Source: an uncultured Candidatus Binatia bacterium (GTDB lineage Bacteria > Desulfobacterota > Binatia > UBA9968 > JAJDTQ01). From it: a stretch of DNA of 64,000 bases. Positions 18,866 to 28,499 of this stretch are shown one piece after another (within the stretch, counting starts at the first letter, position 1; every line of letters starts with the position of its first letter). The position numbers and the translations under genes are program-made. Location of the stretch: positions 1 through 64,000 of the forward strand of contig OZ219754.1 of the NCBI GenBank assembly GCA_964291295.2, in the 5' to 3' direction. The notes below the pieces were generated by a model. That model worked only from the letters and a program-made list of their open reading frames with translations, had not been told where the DNA came from and searched no databases.

Positions 18866-19818
18866 CACCATTTTGCATTCTCCAGTTTTTGCCACTGCCC
18901 CCGCGCCAGAAATCGACGCACATCGGGTAGTTCATATCCGTTCATCATCAGCTCCGCAACATACTTTTCCACAAAGCCCAACTCATCCTCGCGAACCCCG
19001 TAGCATAACTCTTCGTTACAGGGCGCCTCACCGAGTGCCATTCCGGCCGATGTGAGATTTGCAGATCCCACGAGGATCAACGACGAATATCGGCTACCCT
19101 CGCGTAGACCCGGCTCATAGCGTCGACTTTCGTCGAAAACAAAACAATACAGCTTGGTGTGAAGTTTCGGATAGACGAATATGCCGACGCCGAGATCGGA
19201 CAGTTTCTCCATCCATTCGATATTCCGATCCTTCGGTGGGGCGGTAAACAGGACGACGCTAGCCCCGTCTTCCACTTGCTCCAGCAACAGCCTACCAAAC
19301 CGCGCCGTCGGCGCGAGGAGGTCACCGTTCACAAAGGGCGCTACAAGCCAAATATCCCGGTGCGGCAGATTCCTCCGAGCGAAGATTTCGCGGCTGATCT
19401 GCGCCGATGGCAGGTTTCGCTTGAACCGGTTCACTGGTGGTGCGATCGCTTGCGACCTCTCTTTCGTACCAATCGCGCCAAGCCCTGCTGGCAGGGCTGA
19501 GCCTGCTTCCGCTACTGGAAGTGCCGATTCGACCGCGCCGTCCTGAGGTTCGGCCAGCCGATCCTCGACACTGTGCTCACCGGCCCGGAACAAATACGTG
19601 TCCGCTCCCTTGCGCAGGAAGATCACGCGGTAGGAAGTGCGCCGTCGACTTACGTAACGAATCCACGCGTTCCTAATCCCTTGATAGGGGTGATCGTCCG
19701 AATCGTCGCGAAACGTCCCGTCCAGACGGATCGTCTTCTGCAAGACCCGCCGCGCAAAATGCGGGTCACTGTGGCCCTGCAGGTCAGCGACAAACTCAGG
19801 AAGCAGGAAAACTGGCAT
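18865..19818 (-). CDS. RelE/ParE-like N-terminal domain fused to a single-HKD phospholipase D-family nuclease domain (gene 4)
   Basis: N-terminal EFVADL...HPYQG...W...YRVIF....YLFRAGEH; C-terminal WLVAPFV, LHTKLY, VGSANLT..G...NEE. Confidence 0.75.
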   Translation of the reverse strand: MPVFLLPEFVADLQGHSDPHFARRVLQKTIRLDGTFRDDSDDHPYQGIRNAWIRYVSRRRTSYRVIFLRKGADTYLFRAGEHSVEDRLAEPQDGAVESALPVAEAGSALPAGLGAIGTKERSQAIAPPVNRFKRNLPSAQISREIFARRNLPHRDIWLVAPFVNGDLLAPTARFGRLLLEQVEDGASVVLFTAPPKDRNIEWMEKLSDLGVGIFVYPKLHTKLYCFVFDESRRYEPGLREGSRYSSLILVGSANLTSAGMALGEAPCNEELCYGVREDELGFVEKYVAELMMNGYELPDVRRFLARGQWQKLENAKW

Positions 19819-19820
19819 GG

Positions 19821-21035
19821 CTATTTCCTCACGCTCAACGTGCCACCCGTGTTCCTAGACTGCCTGAATGCCAAGCAGCGTTCCTCCCCTTTCTGTTCCC
19901 TTGCAACGACCGCCGGGATGTCGAGCACCCGCATCTCCGTCGCACAAGCCAGCGCGACTGCCACTGGATAGGCGACTGCAACCGGCAACTCACGACGCAA
20001 CATGACCTTACGGACATGCAAGCTTCGAAACACGGCCATCATATCACCTATCAGCGAGAGAGCCTTGTCCGAGTCTCCTTCTTCGGGCGCCTTCACTTTA
20101 AGACCGGCATACGCGTATCCGAAATCGACAAGGCTCGTCCACAGGCTTCTTGCGCTCTCGCCGAACTGATCCGGTCGGAAACCGGAGCGCACTGACTCAT
20201 AGTCCATTGGCCAGAAGGTGAAGCGGTCATGCGCATCAACATAACCAGTTTCCCGGAGCCTTGCAATGAACTCATGACCGAGCCGGCTCAACATACGCTG
20301 ATCTCTATCCCACAGGCCGAGCGAGGAGGCCCAATCCCGACGACGCGGCGGTACTTTCCGAAAATAGTCGTCCGAAAACTTGACCCTCTCACTCTCATTC
20401 GCCGTGCGTCCTGGTTCACTCTCAACCTGCAATGGCTCGGTACGCCTAAGTGAGGCCACCGACCGTCTTGTCCCGGTGCGGCCCTTGTTTTTCTCTTGGT
20501 GCTCAATCGTAATCACCCGGTTGATGTGTTCAGCGGAGGCCTTGCCGGGCATGAACCTCCGCGCGTCGCTGCGCTTTTGAGTCATCATTTGATGCAGCGT
20601 ATCCTTGATTCGCTGTTCCTGAAATCCGGCTAAGAGCAAATTCATGAAGATCTCGCCGTCGTTTACCAGAATGCTCCACAGCAGGAGAAAGTCTTGCGCG
20701 GCGTCTTGGTCAGGCTTGTTGTTCAACAGTTTGGTTGCGATTGCCATCGCATCAAGGTTCTCAAGAACGAGGATATCGCCAGCCGTTCTCTGGATCAGAC
20801 GCAGCGAATGAAAAAAGTCAGCGATGTGCTTTTCCGCGCTCTTGTCGCGTCCCCAGTTTCCGTCCTCTTTCCTACCTGTCACCAACTCACTCCAGCTGCC
20901 CACCGTCAAATCGTGATCTTGCAAATACCGCGCGACCAATCCGCCCACACGTTTGGCGGTGGACTCTAGTCCTACCGAATAGCCGACTTTCCGGAAGAGA
21001 ACGGAATAGGGGTCAGAATGGGCTGTAGCCGCCAT
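19821..21035 (-). CDS. Hypothetical protein, 404 aa (gene 3)
   Basis: Long ORF overlapping the upstream gene by 23 bp and 2 bp from the next start; no catalytic motif recognised. Confidence 0.75.
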   Translation of the reverse strand: MAATAHSDPYSVLFRKVGYSVGLESTAKRVGGLVARYLQDHDLTVGSWSELVTGRKEDGNWGRDKSAEKHIADFFHSLRLIQRTAGDILVLENLDAMAIATKLLNNKPDQDAAQDFLLLWSILVNDGEIFMNLLLAGFQEQRIKDTLHQMMTQKRSDARRFMPGKASAEHINRVITIEHQEKNKGRTGTRRSVASLRRTEPLQVESEPGRTANESERVKFSDDYFRKVPPRRRDWASSLGLWDRDQRMLSRLGHEFIARLRETGYVDAHDRFTFWPMDYESVRSGFRPDQFGESARSLWTSLVDFGYAYAGLKVKAPEEGDSDKALSLIGDMMAVFRSLHVRKVMLRRELPVAVAYPVAVALACATEMRVLDIPAVVAREQKGEERCLAFRQSRNTGGTLSVRK

Positions 21036-22410
21036 GTGCGCTTACCCTCGGACGCATCTGAACTAGGACTGTGCGGCTGCTCGCTTGGTCACCGAGGAAA
21101 CACTGACCGGCATCTAGGACTCGCACCATGTCCCCGAAATCACTCAAGGTGGTGCCCGCGAACCTCATACTGCGTACCGACCTCGTCGGAATACGGTTCA
21201 CCGCGGCGTTGATGTCGCTTTGGAAACTCAGCCGATGGTTGAAGGTCACGTTCACTTGGCTCAAGATCCGATCGTCAAGCGCCGACGGCTGTTGTGTGGC
21301 CAAAATCAAAGAAAGGCCGGCATCCCGACCTCGCTTCACATACTCAACGAGCGCGCTGCGTGCCGCCGAGATGTCACCGCTTGGTGCCACAACATGTGCT
21401 TCGTCGATGACCAGCCAAACTCGATCCGGTGTTCCATCGTCCTCGAACGGTTTCCCGAAGAAACTCGATGTCTTCTTCCTGTTGTGGTGTTTACCAAGAA
21501 TATCGAACAGGTTTCGAGCAATCACGGCGGTGATCAGAGACTTATCTTCGTTCCGCAACTCCCACAGCGACAAGATATTACAGATTCCGTCTTCCAGAAA
21601 GTCTCTTACCGTCAAACCGCTTGCAGAGAATAGATCCGTGCGCCGGTAGTCGTCCAGCTTGTAAGAGATCGCGTTTCGCGAAGACTCCGCGACGGTTGGC
21701 CAATTGCTGTCGTCCGCGATGAAAGCGAGCATGTCAGATAGTTCGAAGTCCGCTTCTCCCAGAGCCTCTAGTGTTGCTGCAACGATGTGTCCTTGAGGGC
21801 TGTAGACCTCTTGGCCAAGCAACGCGCACCATTCTTCGGCGCACACATCTCTCGGCCTGATCTGGAGTGTTTTTTCGTTGCCGAGGAACGTTGTCGTCCC
21901 GGGAGGCGTATACACCCTCGTCTCTGCCAAATTAGTGGGTTCGATATTCCAGCGTACGAGTTCCTCCAGTTGCATCTTGTTTGCAGGGATCGTTTGGCGC
22001 GGCGCATAGCCCAACGTCCAGAACTGGCTCTGCGTATCGATCACGATCGAGGTAATCGGCTTCACATGGTTCTGAATAGGCGACTTGTTTTGTAGCTTCG
22101 AAATGCCTTCAACGAGCACGCCAAGGTCAAAGCTTTTTCCACTTCCACGTGTACCCGTGATGTAAATTACATGCGGGAAGGTAGTATCCAGCCAAGCATC
22201 GGCTCCCAGATAACTCTTACCCTTGGTCGACTCCAGAAGTTTTCCGATGTAGATCAGATTATCGTAGTCCTCACCTTGCAACGCGCGACCGAAAACAACA
22301 TTCTGTCCTTTTTGAACATACTGCAATTTGACTAACGGATCCTCGACCGAGTAGGGACTCTGTTGGATGACGGCCCCAAACCGTTCAGCCGATTTGCTCA
22401 AGAAACTCAT
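21013..22410 (-). CDS. HerA/FtsK-superfamily ATPase (DUF87-type) (gene 2)
   Basis: PHV.YI.GTRGSGKS, IDTQSQF, LVIDEAH, KRGRDAG, LATQQPSALD; ATG 22410 overlaps the upstream gene end. Confidence 0.88.
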   Translation of the reverse strand: MSFLSKSAERFGAVIQQSPYSVEDPLVKLQYVQKGQNVVFGRALQGEDYDNLIYIGKLLESTKGKSYLGADAWLDTTFPHVIYITGTRGSGKSFDLGVLVEGISKLQNKSPIQNHVKPITSIVIDTQSQFWTLGYAPRQTIPANKMQLEELVRWNIEPTNLAETRVYTPPGTTTFLGNEKTLQIRPRDVCAEEWCALLGQEVYSPQGHIVAATLEALGEADFELSDMLAFIADDSNWPTVAESSRNAISYKLDDYRRTDLFSASGLTVRDFLEDGICNILSLWELRNEDKSLITAVIARNLFDILGKHHNRKKTSSFFGKPFEDDGTPDRVWLVIDEAHVVAPSGDISAARSALVEYVKRGRDAGLSLILATQQPSALDDRILSQVNVTFNHRLSFQSDINAAVNRIPTRSVRSMRFAGTTLSDFGDMVRVLDAGQCFLGDQASSRTVLVQMRPRVSAHGGYSPF

Positions 22411-24256
22411 TCTGATATTCCTTGTACGACAGCCATGCTGGTCGGTCGCCCGAGTGCAAAAGAAGCACTCTCGTCGGCCGTAGCGCGTCCAAGTAGTGTG
22501 CGTGGTTCGCCGCTCCAATAAAAGCAACCCGGCCCGTTGCAATAATCTGCTTGCGTAGATTATGGGCGACTATCTTCGCAATAAGAGGATCCAAATCGCT
22601 GCAAAATTCATCCAGCAACCACACTTCCTCGTCTCGGAGAAGTAGGTCTGCGATCATTGCCCGGTATTGCTGACCTCGACTCAGCATCCAGTAAGGCTTT
22701 ATGAACGCCAAGGCCTCGGACAGCCCGACACGGCTAAGCGCAGCGAACGCCCGCTGCGGAGTAGACTTATCGGCCAATACTTCGAAAACCGAAATGTCAT
22801 CCCGCAAAGGCCGCAACCATCCCGCAGAGTATTTCAGGCTCCCGGCGAGCTTCACCGTCAAGTTACCATCGGCTCCCTTCTCGGGATCGAGCGCGTTCAA
22901 CAACACGCTTTTGCCGCTTCCGCTACTGCCGACGACCAGAATGATGTTGCCGTTCGAAGCCCTAACGGCCACGTCCTGAACGATGTCCGCGTAAACAGTG
23001 TCGCCCTTCAAACCAAAGGCATCCATGATGACTTTGGTCGAGCGGGTCTCGGGAATCTGGTATTTCGCTCGAATTGACAAGCTATCAATATTGATGTATG
23101 TGCTCTTGGCCGAAAACCCCACCGCGTCCCCATCCTCGTCATCCTCGGGCGGCGAGGACCTCAATGCTGCCCGAAGATACTCGGAAGCATAATCGTCGAG
23201 CGGACACAGATAGTACGGAATCGGGTTGCGGATCACCGACCGGAGCATTGCCCACTCACCCGTATTTAGCGCATTCTGGTTCTGCTCGACTTTTCGTCTG
23301 AGCACTTCAAGGCCTTCCTTGAAGGTGATCTGAATGGTATTGCAATAGTCCTTCAACACGCGGAAGTACTTGCGCTGCAAAGTCATTATACCGAACTCTC
23401 CGCATGGCGAACGCTCCATCTGCTCCATGTCCTTTATGACGCGCGAGAGATTGCCTTCTGTTTTCCCAATATATTTAAAGCCCGACGATGACACAAAATC
23501 AATATGGGTCAACATCTCAGCGGAAATTTCCACAAAAATCGGGCGCATGCCGCCAATATGCCAGCGTTCAGCAGAAAAGGTCTTCGCAGCCTTGATAATC
23601 CTCCGCGTAATGCCAAGGCCTCGTAGTTCCGGTCTCACGACGATTCGTCCAATTCTGACAATTGCATTCAGATAACCCTTCATCGCATGCTGATCCCAAC
23701 GCTCCCAACGAATAGAGCGTTTCGGGTGTCGAAAGGGCTTATTGAACAAATTGTGCCGCGGCTTACACATCATCAGCGGCATTTGCAGGTCGACATAAGC
23801 CGCAGGAAGCCACTGCTTGCCGATCCGGACGTCGGCGTAAAGAACAGCGCGGCGGCCGCCAACTGTTGTCGTCGAGTTCTTTGATTCGGTGGCAGGACTT
23901 CTTTCCGCTAACGAATTGTTCGTCTTGTAGTGAAACTGCTCTAGAAACTCCAGGCCACGCATTGCGGCTTCAGAATTGATTTCGCGAATATTGATTCGAA
24001 ATTTATCCCTTCCGATCGATACCGTGTCGGTCGTTGAAAATAGAGGGGTCAGCGGAATAGGCGACTCTGCTTCGTCCTTTGCCACTACGAATACCTTGTT
24101 CGATCCGGCTGCGCCAAAGTGAATGCGGTCTCCTTTACCGACAACAGCAAACCGATGGAGGCGCACCACCACGGAGGCGCCGTCACCACCTTTTACCGTC
24201 AAGTTCTTAATATGACCCTTCGGGTTGACTGTGAGGACGCTATAGATCTTGGACAT
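22385..24256 (-). CDS. GNAT acetyltransferase-ABC ATPase fusion (COG2401-type) (gene 1)
   Basis: LEQFHY; GNAT motif A RIGRIVVRPELRGLGI; VE..AEM....F....GF.Y; ABC Walker A GSSGSGKS, signature LSRGQQYR, Walker B LLDEF..DLD, H-loop AANH; no TM segments. Confidence 0.85.
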   Translation of the reverse strand: MSKIYSVLTVNPKGHIKNLTVKGGDGASVVVRLHRFAVVGKGDRIHFGAAGSNKVFVVAKDEAESPIPLTPLFSTTDTVSIGRDKFRINIREINSEAAMRGLEFLEQFHYKTNNSLAERSPATESKNSTTTVGGRRAVLYADVRIGKQWLPAAYVDLQMPLMMCKPRHNLFNKPFRHPKRSIRWERWDQHAMKGYLNAIVRIGRIVVRPELRGLGITRRIIKAAKTFSAERWHIGGMRPIFVEISAEMLTHIDFVSSSGFKYIGKTEGNLSRVIKDMEQMERSPCGEFGIMTLQRKYFRVLKDYCNTIQITFKEGLEVLRRKVEQNQNALNTGEWAMLRSVIRNPIPYYLCPLDDYASEYLRAALRSSPPEDDEDGDAVGFSAKSTYINIDSLSIRAKYQIPETRSTKVIMDAFGLKGDTVYADIVQDVAVRASNGNIILVVGSSGSGKSVLLNALDPEKGADGNLTVKLAGSLKYSAGWLRPLRDDISVFEVLADKSTPQRAFAALSRVGLSEALAFIKPYWMLSRGQQYRAMIADLLLRDEEVWLLDEFCSDLDPLIAKIVAHNLRKQIIATGRVAFIGAANHAHYLDALRPTRVLLLHSGDRPAWLSYKEYQNEFLEQIG

Positions 24257-24499
24257 TGCGCTGACCTTGCTTCGTTCGGTGGCTGTTCAGATCCTAAGAG
24301 TGTGCGTCGCAGGAACTGTGGCGTTGGGCAAGGGGTTCTGGGTCGCTGATGGACCGGTTGGACACAGATGAATGGGAGAGTTTCAAAAACGTCGCAGCGT
24401 CCGTCCCAGCAACACGGTCGCTCGTTCACTGACGATTCGCATGAGCGGCATCCCTCTCATGTCAACGGTCGGCGGCTCTACGACTGGCTCGGCATGTCA

Positions 24500-25200
24500 C
24501 CAACTCCCCCAATGCACTTCAAGTTCAACGCCAAGCACATCAAATACCACTCGCCTCGCACCTTCTCCACTTCGCGTAGGCCGAATCGCCGGAACTTCAA
24601 CACATCCTTGATTCAGCCGTTCGGCTCCTCCGAGACCCACGTGCGTTTCGCTGGACTCTCCTCGCCCGGCTTCCGCCGCGGACATCATCGACCGCACGTT
24701 GCACCGCTTCCAACCACGCTTTTGCCTGCTCGACTACCGCCAAGCGCTTCCCCATCTCTGCAACTCTTCCGGCAAAGCCTCTCCATGCCTCTTTCCACCG
24801 TAGCGGTCATCTTCTTCGACATCAACCGCCCCACCCTCGCCAGCAACCCCTGAATCTCTCCCTCCTGCCGAGCGTCGTCCTGTAACATCCGCCCGTCGCT
24901 CATCGCCTTGCGCTTGCTCGAATTCACCCGAACCTTTGTCCCGTCCACCGACAACATCCCAAACCACACCACATCCACGAAACGCCGCTTAAAGTCCTCT
25001 AAATGACGCCACCGAAACTCACAAATCGTCCGGTGCGGAGGAAAGTCTTCCACACCATGTACCCGGAGCGCCAGATACCCCGACGGAAGCCACTTGTGGG
25101 TTCGGCGGCAGCAACGGTAGCGGCTCCGGCTCGTTGGGATGAAATGTCGTCGGCAACCAACCAATCATCCATCAACAAGTTCTTGTCAGCTTGCACAACC
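24500..25200 (-). pseudogene. Degraded IS1182-family transposase (approximate limits)
   Basis: Fragments in several frames: FPPHRTICEFR.RHL..F, DGTKVRVNSSKRKAMS..RM, DVEEDDRYG, and C-terminal SEEPNG*IKDVLKFRRFGLR..EKVRGEW.LMCLALNLK; in-frame stop and internal deletion. Confidence 0.8.
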
Positions 25201-25250
25201 CCTCCCCATCAAAGCTGTCCCCTCACCAACCTCTTCTGCTGCGCACAGTC

Positions 25251-26249
25251 CTAACAGGTATCGAACAGGCGCTGGATGGCGTCCGGGTCCTGGGTGACGG
25301 TGAGGGCGAGGGCCAGTAGCACCCGGGCCTTCCAGGGCTGGAGGTTGTCGGCGGTGACCACGCCGCGCTTGCGCAGACCGGGGCTTCGGGCGACCCGGCC
25401 GGAACCCACACGGCTGCCAATGCATACCGTCACGCCCTTCTCGCGGGCGCGTTCGAAGGCTTCGTCCTGTGCCGGCGTGGGCCGGCCGGCGCCGCTGGCC
25501 GCGCAGACGATGCCCCTTGCTCCCGCGGCCACGCTGGCGTCGATCAGGACCCCGTCCGCGCCCGCGTGCGTCACCACCACATCCACCCGGGGCAGCGACT
25601 CCAGACCGGTCACGTCGAACTCGGCGGCGGCGGTGTGCGGCCTGGCCGTGCGGTGGTAGTAACGCACCTGCCCGTCGGCGTCGGCGAAGCCCAACGGCCC
25701 CAGGTCCCGTCCCTGGAATGCCTCGACGCGGTACGTGGCCGTCTTGGTCAGATCCCGGGCGCCGTAGATCCGGTCGTTCATCACCGCCAGCACGCCCTGA
25801 CCCCGGGAATCCGGATGCGCCGCCACCCGCACGGCGTTCAACAGATTGAGAAAGCCGTCCGCGCCCAACGCCGATGCCGGGCGCATGGACCCCACCAGCA
25901 CCACCGGACGGTGGGACCGGAGCACCAGGTTCAGGAAGCAGGCGGTCTCTTCGAGGGTGTTGGTGCCGTGGGTGATGACCACGCCGTCGGTGCCGCCGCG
26001 CTCGAGGATCCCGTGCAGCAATCCCGCCAGGTCGAGCCAGTCCCGGTCCACCAGGGCATGGCTCGGGAGGCGCCGGAACGGAATCTGCTCCACATGGGCG
26101 ATGCCGGCCAGTTCGGGGACGGAGCCCACCAGCTCGCCGTCGCCGAGCCGCCTGTTGTTCTCGATGTACCAGGCGAGATCAAGGCGGTCGGCGCCGACGG
26201 AATCGATGGTGCCTCCGGTGAGGATCAGGGCAACTCGGGGCAGGGTCAT
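25251..26249 (-). CDS. L-asparaginase family protein (cytoplasmic)
   Basis: ILTGGTID, ITHGTNTLEET, PVVLVGSMRP, ADG..NL, KARVLLALAL. Confidence 0.92.
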   Translation of the reverse strand: MTLPRVALILTGGTIDSVGADRLDLAWYIENNRRLGDGELVGSVPELAGIAHVEQIPFRRLPSHALVDRDWLDLAGLLHGILERGGTDGVVITHGTNTLEETACFLNLVLRSHRPVVLVGSMRPASALGADGFLNLLNAVRVAAHPDSRGQGVLAVMNDRIYGARDLTKTATYRVEAFQGRDLGPLGFADADGQVRYYHRTARPHTAAAEFDVTGLESLPRVDVVVTHAGADGVLIDASVAAGARGIVCAASGAGRPTPAQDEAFERAREKGVTVCIGSRVGSGRVARSPGLRKRGVVTADNLQPWKARVLLALALTVTQDPDAIQRLFDTC

Positions 26250-26412
26250 GGTGAGGGTTCCGGGTCCGTCGAGACGAGCGGGATCATGGCAACGCCGAAG
26301 TCGGCCGGAAAACTATCCGACCAACCGTCTCCCGGTCAACCGGGAAGCGTGTCCGGCGGTCGCCTCTGTCGGTCATCTCTGTCGGTCACCTCCGGCAGGC
26401 GGGTGCGGTGTC

Positions 26413-28269
26413 TCACGGCTTGCGCGCACCGGGCGACAGCCGCACGCGCACCAGGATCGGGTCATGGTCGCTGGCGCGCGCCGCGGTGGCCGCGAACTCC
26501 GTGTTGACGTGCACGATGTCCACCTCGGCGGACGGGCTCAGCGACGGGCTCACCAGGATATGGTCCAGGGACTGGGCGTTGCCCTCGAAGATGTAGCTGT
26601 AGCGCTCGGTCGGAGGCAGCTTCCGGGTGAGATTGGAAAGACGGCGTTCGAGGATCCGGAGCGGCGAGACGAACGTGAACTCGTTGAAGTCGCCCAGCGC
26701 GACGATATCCGCGCCGCCCCGCGCCGCCAGCCTCCGGACCGCGAAGTCGTGGATCGCGCGGGCCTGCCTCCGGCGGCGTCCCACCCCGCCGTTGACCGCC
26801 GGGTCTTCCTGACGCTCGGCAACCGGCTGGACCTCTCCGAACAGCGGCGCACTGCCGCGCTTGGAGTTGAAGTGGCTGTTGACCACGGTCACGGGACCGT
26901 GGCCCGGGACCCGGGACCGGAAGGTCGCCACCAGGGGCAGACGGCCATTGAAGAACGGATTGCCCGGACGCGTCCGCTGGTCCACGGGGTCGGTGACCGT
27001 GCCCACCGACCCCGGAACGAGCGCCACGCGCGCAGGGTTGTAGAGGAAGGCCACGCGGATGTTGCCGCCGGGTTGGCCGCCGCTGGTGTCGCTGCCGATG
27101 AACGGATGATCGATGAAGCGGTAGCGCACCGGCCCCAGGGCGGCGATGCGGTCGGCCAGCAACCGCAACGTGACGTTGGCGGCCTTCACTCCGCTCCTGG
27201 CGGAACCGTCGTTGTCCTGCACCTCCTGGAGGGCCAGGATATCGGGATACCGGAGATTCCGCGCAATGACGGCGGCGACCGCGTCGAAGCGGCCCCCGGC
27301 CACATCCTTGTCCCCGTCGGCGTCGTTGGGGTCGAGATTGAGCACGTTGAAGGAGGCGAGGGTCATGTAGCCGTCTCTGGCGGCCAGAGCGGTCGTTTCC
27401 GGAACCAGCCGGCCCCGGGCCGTTTTGAACGGGCGCGTGAACCGGACCTCGTAGTTGCCGAACCCGTAGCTCATCACGCCGGTGACGTTCCCCAGGGAAT
27501 CGCCCACGCTGACGTCCGGCGTGACCATCGGACTGAGACCGGGATCGTCGTTGATCTTGATGCGCTCCGGATTGAAGTCGCCCGGGCGCAGGGTGAGGAC
27601 GCCGCGCCGGCTCAGGCCCGAAGGGGAGACCCCGCGAGGCAGTACGAAGATCTCGCCGAAGCGGCTCGTCGGACTGATGGCGACGGCGTTTCGCACCGTG
27701 ACCCGCATGCCTTCCAGGGTTTCGTAGAAGTCGATGCCGTCCTGTCCGGGATCGAAAACGGTAATGCCGTCGTTGTCGATGATCCGGTCGGGCGGTGTGC
27801 GCCCACCCGCCCCCAGCACCACCGGATGGGGAAGCCGATGGCCTCGGGACAACCGCGCGAGCCGCGGGCGGATGATCTGGGTGATGGTGAGGTTGCGGGT
27901 GGATGCGCCGCCGGGCTGGTACTCGGACACCATGCCGCGCACACGGACGTTGTCGCCCGGCGCCACCGCCGGTGTCCTCCGCGTGAAGACGAAAACGGCA
28001 TCCGAAGTATCGGGGTCGCCGTCCCCGGCCGCATCCTGCAGATAGAACCCGTTGGTATCGACGGCCGTCACGGTGCCCGTGGCGGTGACCCGCTGACCGC
28101 GAAAAGGCGAGATGTGACCGCGGCCCTGGATCCGTCCGATGGACGTCGTGACCGCGGCGCTGGCAACGCGCGTCTCATGGATGGAACCGTTGGCGCCGGG
28201 TTGAAGACAGGCAACCACCGGCGGCGCCAGGAGCAGGGCGCACACGCACCGGACCGCCCTCCCCGCCAT
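26413..28269 (-). CDS. Secreted endonuclease/exonuclease/phosphatase (ExeM/YhcR-like OB-fold plus EEP); start uncertain (28269-28347)
   Basis: IQGRGHISP..G..V, GFYLQD..GDGDP.TSDAVFV, FYETLEGMRV, FNVLNL, ALQEVQDN, NSHFNSK, GDFN, LDHILVS, SDHDP. Confidence 0.9.
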   Translation of the reverse strand: MAGRAVRCVCALLLAPPVVACLQPGANGSIHETRVASAAVTTSIGRIQGRGHISPFRGQRVTATGTVTAVDTNGFYLQDAAGDGDPDTSDAVFVFTRRTPAVAPGDNVRVRGMVSEYQPGGASTRNLTITQIIRPRLARLSRGHRLPHPVVLGAGGRTPPDRIIDNDGITVFDPGQDGIDFYETLEGMRVTVRNAVAISPTSRFGEIFVLPRGVSPSGLSRRGVLTLRPGDFNPERIKINDDPGLSPMVTPDVSVGDSLGNVTGVMSYGFGNYEVRFTRPFKTARGRLVPETTALAARDGYMTLASFNVLNLDPNDADGDKDVAGGRFDAVAAVIARNLRYPDILALQEVQDNDGSARSGVKAANVTLRLLADRIAALGPVRYRFIDHPFIGSDTSGGQPGGNIRVAFLYNPARVALVPGSVGTVTDPVDQRTRPGNPFFNGRLPLVATFRSRVPGHGPVTVVNSHFNSKRGSAPLFGEVQPVAERQEDPAVNGGVGRRRRQARAIHDFAVRRLAARGGADIVALGDFNEFTFVSPLRILERRLSNLTRKLPPTERYSYIFEGNAQSLDHILVSPSLSPSAEVDIVHVNTEFAATAARASDHDPILVRVRLSPGARKP

Positions 28270-28499
28270 CCCGACCCGGCGTTCCCCCATCAAAGACCGC
28301 ATGTCACGACCCGTGTTATCCCACCGCGGCATGGACCTCAAACGCACCCGCAGATCCCGGCCGCTGCCTCAGTCCCGGCCGCCGCCCGCTGTTGTTTCCC
28401 GCCCGGCGTACCCGTTGCCCATTTCCGGTCCTGTCGGTATGCTCGGGGTGTGCACAGGAGTACTGTTCGGCGTGCCGTCCTGGCGAAAGGAGGATTGCC

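Noticed and set aside
17702-24256. Calling the operon BREX, DISARM, Dnd/Pbe, Dpd, SIR2-HerA or HerA-NurA
   Set aside because: Signature genes (PglZ/PglX, DrmAB and MTase, DndC/PAPS reductase, DpdA/TGT, SIR2, NurA) are not recognisable; only generic ATPase and PLD parts are shared.
22385-24256. ABC ATPase as a transporter subunit
   Set aside because: Fused to a GNAT, with no permease or binding protein nearby.
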